Both the position numbers and the translations under genes were made by a program. The notes below the pieces were generated by a model. It was not told the origin of the DNA. It did no database searches and saw only the letters and a list, made by a program, of their open reading frames with translations. A stretch of 64,000 nt of DNA from Mobula hypostoma (taxonomy: Eukaryota). The stretch spans positions 94,984,001 to 95,048,000 of the forward strand of contig NC_086107.1 in assembly GCF_963921235.1 (NCBI RefSeq), written 5' to 3'. This document shows positions 50,391 to 61,229 of the stretch, piece after piece; position 1 is the first letter of the stretch; the number at the start of each line of letters is the position of its first letter.

Positions 50391-51619
50391 ATCATACCAG
50401 GGAACTGTTCAACAGTCCTATAACTGTGCGGTAGAAAGGTCAAAGTTCAAAATAATTTTATCACAACAATTACAAGAAACACAATAGAGTAAGTGAAAGA
50501 GTGCCCCCAACAGGACGGACAAACAAACTGTGCCAAAGACAGCAAACTCTGCAAATACAAAAGGAAATAATAATTGTAATAAATAAGGAATAAGTATTGA
50601 GAACATGAGATGAGGGAGTCCTTGAAAGTGTGTCCATACGTTATGGGAACAGTTCAGTGATGGGGCAAGTGAAGTTATCCCCTCTGGTTCAAGGCTAATA
50701 ACTGTTTCTGAACCAGGTGGTGTGTGTCTTGAAGCTCCTGTACCTTCTCCCTGATTGCAACAGCGAGAGGAGAGGTGTCTTTGAGCCCAGTGGGACTTGT
50801 TTTCAGATATTTGTATCTTCTGCACAATGGGGGGGGGGGGGAAGCAAGAGTATGCAGGGTCAAGGTAACAACTGTCCACTACCTGCCCTCTAATCCAGGA
50901 GGATCAGCCATGATTGAATGGTGGAGCAGACTCGATGGGCTGAATGGCCTGATTCTGCCCCTGGTGAAGCTTTTCTGTGCCCTCTCCAGGTCTGTCTGCT
51001 GAGGATGGGTCGTCAGCAGGGAAACCAAAACGCGGCTGAGGATGAACCAGGAAACTGGCTCTGCTAGTTCAACTCCTCTTCCTGGCTCCCTCTACCACCA
51101 GCCCCTCCTCCCACAACCTCAACACCTCTCCTCCTCGCTTCCACCCCCCCCACCCCTGACAAATCAGTACCCTCCCTCTCCTCCACCCCTCAAGCATCCA
51201 CCCACTCCCTCCCTCTACCTACCCCTTCCCTCACCCCAGATTCAGATTTACTTGTCATACCACGGTGGGGGAGCCTAGGACAAGAAGGCACAGCCTATGC
51301 ATAGAGGGGCGTCCATTCAAAACAGATGCAGAGAAATTTTAGCCAGAGGGTGGTGAATTTGGGGAATTTATTACCACAGGCAGTCGTGGAGGCTAGGTCG
51401 TTGAGTGTATTTAAGGCGGAAATTGATAGGTTCTTGACTGGATATCGCATCAAATGTTACGGGGAGAAGGCCGGCCGGGGAGTGGGGCTGAGAGGGGGAA
51501 AACAGGATTAGTCGTGATTGGAGTCTTCAGCCTCTCAGCCACCCTGAGTATAGAAGCAACAGAAGAAAATCAGAAACCCATCTTCATATTCCAAGGTAGG
51601 AAAGAAAAACTCAGTGTCT

Positions 51620-52735
51620 GGCCTTTTTTTTTACAAAATACATTTATTACAAATTCATACCACTGCAGTGCTGTTGTACAATCACATTGCAAACAAAACT
51701 CAGAGAAATCATGACGAACACAGACTAAACTAACACATTCCCATGTTCATCAGGGATGGAATTTATCTCCTGTGGTGCTCAACGCTTTTGAAACACCTTT
51801 ACGTTACCTGTGGATGCTGCGTGTTCTTGTTCCACAGCTACCCAGGTACAGGCATGTTCCCTGAACAGTGCCAGGCAGTTAGCCTGGGCAGAACCCTCCG
51901 CTGCCCATCTCCAGGACCCACAGATAACTATCCTAGCCAGCCCCAGAAGCAAGTTAACTAGGACATCCTCCTCCCTCCTGGATGACCAAAGGTGAAGAGG
52001 GTGGGGCTAAAGTGCAGCCAGAAGGCGAGAAATAGCCCCCCCCAGATGTGCAGATAGAGGCTGCAGTCTGATGGCATGAGTGTCAATTTTTCAAACTTCT
52101 GGCAATGCTCCCCTTTTCCCCCATTCCCTCTCTCACCTTGTCTCCTTGCCCACCCATCACCTCCCTCTGGTGCTCCTCCTCCCTTTTCATGGCCTCTGTC
52201 CTCTCTATCAAACTCTCCCCTTCTCCAGCCCTGTATCTCTTTCACCAATCAACTTCCAAGCTCTTCATCCCTCTCCCTCCAGGTTTCACCTATCACCTTG
52301 TGCTTCTCTCTCCTCTCCTTTCCCCCACCTTTTAAATCATCTACTCAGCATTTTTTCTCCAGTCCTGCCGAAGGGTCTCGGTTCAAAACGTTGACTGTAC
52401 TCTTCTCCATTGATGCTGCCTGGCCTGCTGAGTTCCTCCAGCATTTTGTGTGTGTTGCTTCTGACTCCTCCCCCTGCTTTCAGACTCCCTGACATTTTTC
52501 CAACAAGTAGAAGGGTGAGTCATGGTGCAAATCCTGCAGCATTTGGATCTGTGACCTCACAGAAGTACCTTGGAAGTGCCGGAGCTGCAGATCGTTCAGT
52601 GCGTCCTTCTCCTGGTATTCCTGCCATAGCTGAGGGTGCCGGATGGTGGGCTCAAGACGGGACTCTTAAGTCGAGCAACTCTCTCTCGTGCTGTTTGATC
52701 TCAGAGTTCCGCCTCTTGTCAAACCTGTAGTGTAT
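51620..52735 (-). mobile_element. Internally deleted Tx1/L1 remnant interrupted by a Penelope 3' fragment (~52070-52460, plus)
   Basis: 52600-52735 resembles the reverse complement of 37930-38060. AATAAA plus an A-tract on the minus strand at ~51625-51648. The Penelope piece matches 30940-31380. Confidence 0.6.
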
Positions 52736-52740
52736 TTGTG

Positions 52741-53027
52741 TGGGCACGTGGCCAGCTGGTTAAGGCATTGGACTAGTGACCTGAAGATCGTGAGTTCGAG
52801 CCCCAGCCGAGGCAACGTGTTGTGTCCTTGAGCGGTGTCCTCTGTGACGACACTGCTGCCAAGCTGCATGGGTTCTAATGCCCTTCCCTTGTACAACATT
52901 GGTCTCGTAGAGAGGGGGAGACTTGCAGCATGGGCAACTGCTAGTCTTCCATACTGTGCCTGTGGCCTGGAGAGTGAAGCCTTTCCAGGTGCAGATCCAT
53001 GGTCTTGCAAGACTAACGGATGCCTTA
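52741..53027 (+). mobile_element. tRNA-headed SINE, same family as 63543-63851
   Basis: A box tggccagctgg, B box gttcgagcc, gtgtccttgagc core, and 3' end gactaacggatgcct. Confidence 0.85.
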
Positions 53028-53329
53028 AGAGTAGTGGAGCAGACTTGAGGGGCCAGATAGCCTAATTCTGCTCCTACGTCTTATGTGCGTAGAAACATAT
53101 ACCAAAACGTGTTGTTTGTGTTAATAAACAATGTAATCTGAGCAGAATTAGCTCATTCGGCCCATCAAACCTGTTCTCCCATTTGATCAGGCTGGCTTCC
53201 TTCCTAATCACATACTCACGAACATATTAATCTCCGTTTTAAATATAAGCAGGACCACCAACAACAAAACCAGCAAAGCCCACAACCTCCCGCACCCTTC
53301 TACCCCACTCCGAATTTCACATGCCCCTC

Positions 53330-53585
53330 TCCCGGTGCAGCCAGTACTAAAGATGGCGGCGGCCGAATCTGGGGTTGCCAGTATCCGTGACGTCAGGCAG
53401 GCCGCGGCGCGTGCCTGGCCGGGTGTCCGGGAGCCGGAGGTCCACCATGAAGCTCCTCAGCAAAATGATCGAGCGGGACAACTCGGGGTGAGGCGCGGCG
53501 GTTACCGAGCAACAGGGTGGGGCTGGGGAGGAGGGGGGTGGCTGTATCGGTCTAGTGACCTCCGCCCTCGGTCCGGCGTGGTGTA
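53330..53585 (+). promoter_or_regulatory. CpG-rich PELO promoter/first exon with YY1 motif (53350-53360) and palindromic CRE (53388-53395)
   Basis: AAGATGGCGGC and TGACGTCA within a CpG-dense stretch directly upstream of ccaccATG. Confidence 0.75.
53447..53487 (+). CDS. PELO: Pelota (Dom34 homologue, ribosome rescue factor), coding exon 1
   Basis: Kozak ccaccATG, MKLLSKMIERDNSG, donor gg|GTGAGG (phase 2). Confidence 0.95.
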
Positions 53586-54129
53586 ATTTCCCCTGAATGA
53601 CGTTCCACAGTCTCCACCGGGCAGAAGATACTCCCTGGTTCCCTGCTCCCTCTTTAGGTTTTCCCGGGGATCCCTTCTGCCCCACTTCCAGTTTTCCCAG
53701 TTTACCTGGGTTCTACCTACTCCACTTCCATTTTCCCTGAATTTTCCTACCCCGCTTCTGGTTTACTTATCCTGCTTCCGGTTTTCCTACGTTTTCTGTT
53801 GCCCCACTTCCGGTTTTCATGTTTCACCCCTCCTGACCCACTTGCCCCTCTTCCAACCCCCCCCCCTTTCCCTCTCCTGTGTCCTGGGTTTCGCAGTTTT
53901 CACATGCCCTACTTTCCAGTTCCCACTGTCCCACTTCCTATTTTCCACAGCCCACTTCCAGGTTTCCCTGCTCAGCTTTCCAGTTTTTCCAGCTCTGGCC
54001 TCCAGTTTTCCTCGTTCCCAGTCTTGCCTGCATTTTGACCCTGGCCCTTCTGATTTTTGCCAGGCTCTCCCCACTGATTCCTCTGCCCCCTCACTCCCCC
54101 CCCCCCACAAACTATCTGCTCCCTCCCTC

Positions 54130-57060
54130 TTGACCCCAGCAAGGGGGAGATTGGTGATGGACACGTTCTTGCTCTTGTCCACATCAATGGCACTGAAGCT
54201 GAGAGTGTAGGGAGCTTCAAGTTCCCAAGTGAACATCTCCAACAACATCCCCAGATCCAACCATGTTGATGCCATAACCAAACAAAAACACACCAATGCC
54301 TCCATTTCCTGAGGAGGCTAAAGACATTTGACATTTTTTGCTATCAGCCCTCACCAATTTTTATCAATGCACCGCAGAAAGCATCCTGTCAGGGTGCGGC
54401 AGAGCTGGGTATGGCAACAGCTCAGAGATTCGTGGACACAACTCGGCACACCATGCCTCCCCTCCTCAGTAAAGCAGCCAGCACAATCAAAGATCCCACC
54501 CACTCTGGGCATTCTCTCTTCTCTCCCCTCCCACTGGGCAGGAGATACGAAAGCCTGAAAGTACATCCCGCTAGCTTTTACTCTGTCGTTATGGACCATT
54601 CAGAAATCTGATGGCAGAGGGGAGGAAGCTCAAAAGTTCAAACTAAATTTATTATCAAGGTCACCATATACTGCCCTGCGATTCGCTTTCATGCAGGCAT
54701 TCACAGTAGAGAAATAGAGTCAAGGAAGAGCTACACACTAACAAAGACTGTTCCTCAAACGATGAGTGTGGTTCTCCAGGCTGCTGTACCTCCACCATGA
54801 TGGTGGTAGTGAGAAGAGAGGATGTCCCAGATGGTGACAGTCCTTGATAATGGATCCCTTCTTGAGGCACTACTTGGAGGTGTCCTCGATGGTGGGACTG
54901 TTTGTGCTGGTGATGGATCCAGCTGAGTCTACAGTCCTCTGCAGCCTCTTGCGATCCTGTGATTTGGAGCCAACATAGAGGTGGAGATGCAGCCAGCTGG
55001 AATGCCCTCCACCACCCATTTGATGAGCCTTTGGTGAGCTCCAGAATCTGCTCAGACTCCTAATGAGGTATGGCCGCCAGCCTGCCTTCTTCATGATTCC
55101 ATCGCTGTGTTCAGACCAGGATAGATCCTGTGAGCTGTTGATGCCCTGAACTGTACCTCAGTACGTGTGACAGTAACAGCCAATTTCTTTCCCCCCGTTA
55201 GCCAGGTGACTCTGATGCCAGAGGAGGCTGAGGACATGTGGCACACCTACAATCTCCTCAACGTGAACGACAGCTTGAGGGCTTCCACCATCAGGTGCGC
55301 AAAGCGTCTGGGAGTGAGGGGAGGCTGTGCTGAGGAGGTGGGCGTTACTCTGCCGGAATTGATGCAGGTGTATAGGGTGATAAGAATCATAGATCAAGCA
55401 GACAGCCAGAGACCTTTTTCCAGGCTGTCAGGGGCTCATAGGACAGGGCATAACTTTAAGGTGATTGGAGGAAGGTATAAGGTGGTATGTTTTGTTTTTA
55501 CACAGAGAGTGTTGAGGGTGTGGAACGTGCTCCCAGGGATGGTGGTAGAGGCCAATACATTAGGGACACTTAAGGCTCAAATTCAAGTTTCATTGTCTTT
55601 TCCATGGGAAACAGCCAACTAAATGAAACAGGGTTAGTCCGGAGCCAAAGTACCAACAGTCATACACAACACAAGGCACATATAGCACATAGAAGCTAGC
55701 AGTAAAAATATGGTCCAAGTCCCTGAGTCCGTGAATGTTGCAACAGTCTGCAATTGAACACAGTACAGATTGTCTTCTGCCGAGCGAACACTGGAGGGCA
55801 GCACTGACGCCAGCTTGGTCGCTGTGCCACACCTCTGCCAGCACCGACACAGACTCCCCTCTCCTGGCGGGTGCAAACGGGTGACACCGTGGCTTGAGGT
55901 CTCGTCCTCACCAGAACCGAGGCCACGCAGCTTCCCCCGCCGTGAATTGGGCTTGCAGCATTCCACATTACCACTGCGATCACAAGAAAAGCGACTAAGA
56001 CGATCACCTGCTGCTAGAATGCACACTGCCTTCGCGCATCGACTCCAACGTCTCTCTGTAGCCGGCGGCAACACTGTCCACACAAGTGCAGCTCGCTGAT
56101 GGGGTAGACCCGCAGTCCAGAGGCAGCACCATCTTGCCAGAAAACAGGCACGTGAATGAAAGTAAAATGGAGGGCTACGTGGTAGGGAAGCATTAGATTG
56201 GGTTTGAAGTTGGCTTAAAGGTCGATACAACTTTATAATCCTGCACTGTTCTGTGTTCCATGTTCACTCTTCACAAGGTCAGACCGTATTTGGAGTAGTG
56301 TGAGCCCTATATCCAAGGAAGGATCTGTGAACCCTGGAGAGAGTCCAGAGGAACTTCACAGGAATGATCCCAGGGATGAAAGAGTTAATGTTTGAGGAGC
56401 GTTTGATGTATGTTACAGAGTTCGGAAGGATAAAGGGAGGGGGAATTCTTCTGAAACCTCCCGGATGTTGAAAGGCCTGGGTAGAGTGGGCGTCTCCATC
56501 AGAGGGAGAATCTGGGATCCGAGGGCGCAGCTTCGGAACGGGGGGACATCCATTTAGAACGGGGATGAGGGTGAACTACTTCAGCCAGAGGGTGCTCCAT
56601 CTGTGGAATTTGTTGCCACAAGGGGTGGGGGACTCCGAGTCACTGGGTGTATTTAAAGCGGCAGTTGATAGGTTTTTGACTAGTAAAGGTGGTGGGGTGA
56701 CGGTTAAGCATTATGGGAAGAAGGTGGGAGAATGGGTTCTCCAGTCATTATTGAATGGGGGAGCAGACTCGACAAGCCAAATGGTCTAATTCTGCTCCTG
56801 TGTTTTATGATCCTTTCCCTAATGTCTGCCACTGATATTTAACCAGATGAGTTCTCTCTCTGAGCCCACTGTCCGGGACACCGCAGAACAATACAGCCAC
56901 TTTCCTCCTCCCCACAATTGAAGACATCTTCAAGAGATTTGTATACGAATTCAGTAGGGAGCTCCTCCCGCACTGTCCCATCATGATCTTCTGGGAAGAT
57001 GGGAAGAAAGAGAATGGTGGGGTGAAAGACAGGACTAATGCCACTGACTCTCCAGTCCTC
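54130..57060. mobile_element. Rex1-type and CR1 LINE fragments in PELO introns 1-2 (span includes exon 2)
   Basis: STIKDPTHSGHSLFSPLPLGRRYESLK, FTQRVLRVWNVLP, FSQRVLHLWNLLP. Confidence 0.7.
55202..55294 (+). CDS. PELO: Pelota coding exon 2
   Basis: ttAG|c...QVTLMPEEAEDMWHTYNLLNVNDSLRASTIR ag|GTGCGC. Phases are consistent with the flanking exons. Confidence 0.96.
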
Positions 57061-57143
57061 TGGGTCTTCGCCTGAGGGTCAAGAGGGCAGAACTGGAGCC
57101 TGTGACTGACCCGCACGGTCTCATTAAATCCCCCCTCCCCCAG

Positions 57144-57294
57144 GAAGGTGCAGACGGAATCGGCGACGGGCAGCGTAGGCAGTAATCGCGTCCGCACGAC
57201 CCTCACCATCTGCGTGGAGAACATCGACTTTGACGTCCAGGCATGCATGCTGAGAGTGAAAGGGACCAACATCCAGGAGAACGAGTACGTGAAG
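57144..57294 (+). CDS. PELO: Pelota coding exon 3
   Basis: ccAG|g KVQTESATGSVGSNRVRTTLTICVENIDFDVQACMLRVKGTNIQENEYVK |GTGAGT. Confidence 0.97.
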
Positions 57295-57339
57295 GTGAGT
57301 GGGCACTGGGATCACGGGCTCCCCGGAATGAGCTGCAAC

Positions 57340-57864
57340 ATTGGATTTGATCTGGGGTGGGGGTGATAAATAGAATGATAGATAGTGAGTTACAAGCTGG
57401 GATCTAATCCAGGGGTTCGGAGATTTATATATAGAATAACAGATTCCTGGGAGTGGGTTATAGGCTGGGATTTATTCCAGAAGTTTGGGGGGGGCGGGGA
57501 GTTACATGTAAAATAACATCCCTGGGGGAGGGTTATAGGGTGTGTGCGCACGCGCGCAATTCGGTGAAGGGATTTAGAATGTATGTCTAGTGCACATTCT
57601 GGAGCAGAGGGTGGCAGTAATGCACCATTAAGCTGGATGCCAACCGCCGTAAAACGAGATACAGACAGACAGACAGGGTTATAGGCTGAGATCTAATCCA
57701 GGGGTTTGGGGTTGGTTTATAAATAGAATAACAGATCCCTGGGAGTGGGTTAAAGACTGGGATCTGATCCAGGGGTTGGGGGATTTATATATAGAACAAC
57801 AAACAGATCCCTGGGAGTAGATTACAGGCTGGGATCTAATCCAGAGATTTGAGGGTGGTTTATA
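57340..57864. repeat. Degenerate ~65-bp tandem repeat (tatatagaataacagatccctgggagtgggttataggctgggatctaatccagggg..) in PELO intron 3
   Basis: About 5-6 units. The repeat resumes after the Tc1 at 60001 (tatataggttaacagatc). Confidence 0.8.
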
Positions 57865-60000
57865 GAGTGCCTATAAAAAGTATTCACCCTCCTTAGAAGT
57901 TTTCATGTTTTATTGTTTTACAACATCAAATCACAGTGGCTTTTTGACAGTAATCAACGGGGGGAAAGAACTCTTTCATGACAAAGTGAAAGCAAATTTC
58001 TGCAAATTGGTCTAAATTTATTACAATTATTAAACACAAAATAATTGATTGTATAATTACTCAACCCCTTCAAGTCAGTGTTTAATAGATACTTTGGCAG
58101 CAATGACAGCCTCGAGTTTGTGTGGATAGGTTTCTATCAGCTTTGCACCCTGCAATTTACCTCATTCTTCTTTACAAAACTGCTCATGCTCTGTCAGATT
58201 GCATGGGGATAGTGAATGAACAGCCTTTTTCAAGTCCAGACACAAATTCTCAATTGGATTGAGTCCTGGACTCTGACTTGGCCACTCCAGGACATTAACT
58301 TTGTTGTTTTTAAGCCATTCCTGTGTAGCATGGGGGTCATTGTTTTGCTAGAAAACAAATCTCCCAAGTTGCAGTTTTCTTGCAGACTGCATCAGGTTTT
58401 CCTCCAGGATTTCCCGGTATTTTGTTGCATTCATTTTGCCCTCTACCTTCACAAGCCTTCCAGGGCCTGCTGCAGTGAAGCATCCCCACAGCATGATGCA
58501 GCATACTTCAGGGTAAGAATGCTGTGTTTTTGACGATGTGCTGTGTTTTTACGCCAAACATAGTGGATAGTCTGATGGTCAAAAAGTTCAGTTTTGGTTT
58601 TACCAGACCATAAGAACCTTCTTCCAACTGACTTAGTCTCTCACATGCCTTCTTGCAAACTCTAGCCGAGATTTCATGTGAGGTTTTTTTCAACAGTGGC
58701 TTTCTTCTTGCCACTCTGCCATAAAGCTGTAACTGGTGAAGCACCTGGGCAACAATTGTTGTGTGTGCAGTCTCTCCCATCTCAGCCACTGAAGCTTGTA
58801 ACTCCGCTAGAGTTGTCATAGGTCTCTTGGTGGCCTCCCTCACTAGTCCCCTTCTTGCACGAGCACTCAGTTTTTGAGAACAGCCTGCTGTAGGCAGATT
58901 TATAGCTGGGCCAATTTCCTTCCATTTCTTGATGATTGACTTAACTGCAAAGGATATTCAGTGACTTGGAATTTTTCTTGTATCCATCTCCTAACTTGTG
59001 CTTTTCAATAACCTTTTTCCAGAGTTGCTTTGTCTTTGCGGTGTAGTTTTTGTCAGGATAATCTCACCAACATTTGAACCTTCTAGCTACAGGTGTATTT
59101 TTACTACAGTCAATTGAAACACCTTGACTGCATACAGGTGATCTCCATTTACCTAATTAAGTGACTTCTAAAACCAATTGGCTGCACCAGTGATGATTTG
59201 GAGTGTCATATTAAAGGAGGTGAATACTTAAGCATTCAATTATTTTGTGTTTTATACAGGTTTCCCCCACTATCCGAAGGTAGAGCGTTCCTATGAAACC
59301 GTTCGTAAGCCGAAATGGCGTAAAGCGAAGAAGCAATTACCATTAATTTATATGGGATCATTTTTTGAGCGTTTCCAGACCCAAAAAAATAACCTACCAA
59401 ATCATTACCAAATAGCACATAAAACCTAAAATAACACTAACATATAGTAAAAGTAGGAATGATATGATAAATGCACAGTCTATATAAAGTAGAAATAATG
59501 TATGTACAGTGTAGTTTCACTTAACAGAATCCGGAAGATTGAGCCAAAACCGAGTTGTAGAAAAAAATCAGCACGTACACGCATGCGCACGTCATGTATG
59601 TGCACATGACGCATGCGCACACACCTGCCCGCAAAAGGCTTCACGGTCATGGTAGTCTTTCTCAGGATAAACACAAGTTTAAAGCAGGCGTCTTTTTTCA
59701 TAAAAGCAAAAATCTTCTTTCGGTTAGCGAAAACAGGGACTAATGTAGGTCTTTCGTAAAAGCGAAGTGGCGTAAAGTGAACATTCGTAAAGCAGGGGAC
59801 ACCTGTATTTGTAATTAATTTAGATCACTTTGTAAAGATCTGTTTTCACTTTGACACTAAAGAGTCTTTTTCTGTTGATCAGTGTCAATAAAGGCCAAAT
59901 CAAATCCACAGTGACTCAATGTTGTTAAACAATAAAATATGAAAACTTGCGGCGGGGTGGGGGGGGGTGGAGGCAGGTTGAAAACCTTTTATAGACACCG
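57865..60000 (-). mobile_element. Tc1-like DNA transposon with degenerate transposase
   Basis: Long TIRs (gagtgcctataaaaagtattcacc... / ...cttttatagacaccg) flanked by TA. Peptide REATKRPMTTLAELQ...LYGRVARRKPLLKK. Confidence 0.92.
59257..59805. mobile_element. Tigger/pogo-type MITE nested in the Tc1
   Basis: TA|caggtttccccc...gcaggggacacctg|TA. Confidence 0.88.
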
Positions 60001-60077
60001 TATATAGGTTAACAGATCTGAGTTGCAGCTGACTTGAATGAGTGTGTACCTTCCCCTTCCTCCCCACCCACACACAG

Positions 60078-60168
60078 ATGGGTGCCTACCACACCATCGA
60101 GCTGGAGATGAACCGGAAGTTCACGCTGGCCAAGAAGCAGTGGGACAGTGTGGTTTTGGAGCGGATTG
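60078..60168 (+). CDS. PELO: Pelota coding exon 4 (gene continues beyond the window)
   Basis: acAG| MGAYHTIELEMNRKFTLAKKQWDSVVLERI g|GTGAGT. Confidence 0.97.
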
Positions 60169-61229
60169 GTGAGTCAGCTGTGAGGCAGCTGGGGATGGGG
60201 GTTCCTGCAGTCATTCCCACTGGCAGTTCGGCAGTGCCAATGTCCTCACTTACTCTTTGCACTTTGAGACAGACCCCATGCTTTCTCTTCTCCACCTCCC
60301 TGCCACTCCCTCACTCCTCCTTCCACACTCCCCCCCCTTGCTCCATCTCCCAACATTGCTGCTCCCTTTATCCTCTCTCCCTCTCAACTCTCTCACCCTC
60401 CCCCTCCCTCTAACCTGTGCCTCCTCTCTCTTGGTCCACCGTACTTTCTTTCTGACTTATCTCTTTCTATCTCTCATCCAACCCACTCACTCCCTCTATT
60501 CCACTCTGTCTCTCAATCATCCCTTCTCTCCCTCCCTCTCTCTATAGTTCACACCCCTCTGTCATGCTCACCCCTCCTCCCTCTCTCTTGCTCACCTCCC
60601 CCACTTCTCCCTCTTGCTCACCCTACCCCCCTCTCTTCCTTCCTCCCCGTCATCCCCTCTCACTTTCTGCTTCTCCCCTTCCTTTGGGGACATTCCACTA
60701 CAGCGTGTTTCTCTTGATCTGGGACATCGGAGACTTGGGGAACTGTGGACTTTTGTTCTCCTGAGTTGTGAGATATGCTGGGGCCTGAGTGTGCACGTCT
60801 TAAGGTTACGACTGTATGGGGTGTTGGAAAGCAAAGTGGAGTTTACTGTCATTTGCACGTGTCTGTGTGTGCACAGGTGCCATGAGAAACTTACTTTCCA
60901 CAGCATCACAATCACAGAGCATCAGACTCTGTCTCCACTTCTCAATAAAGCAGTCAGTATTGTCAAAGACCCCATTCACCCCAAACATTCTCTCTTCTCC
61001 CCCCCCCCCACCATCGGGGCGAGGATACAAAAACTTGAAAGCACTACCAGCAGGTTCAAGGTAGCTTCGACCCCGCTGTTAGAAGTCCTTTGGACGGTTC
61101 CCTAGACAGATACGACTTTTGACCTCACCGTGGCTCTTGTACTGGTGCCAGTGAACCACAGCGATGCTGTGTGGGTTGTGGACAATATGTCTACCTACCC
61201 TTCAATATATACCTCTTTTGAATTACTGT

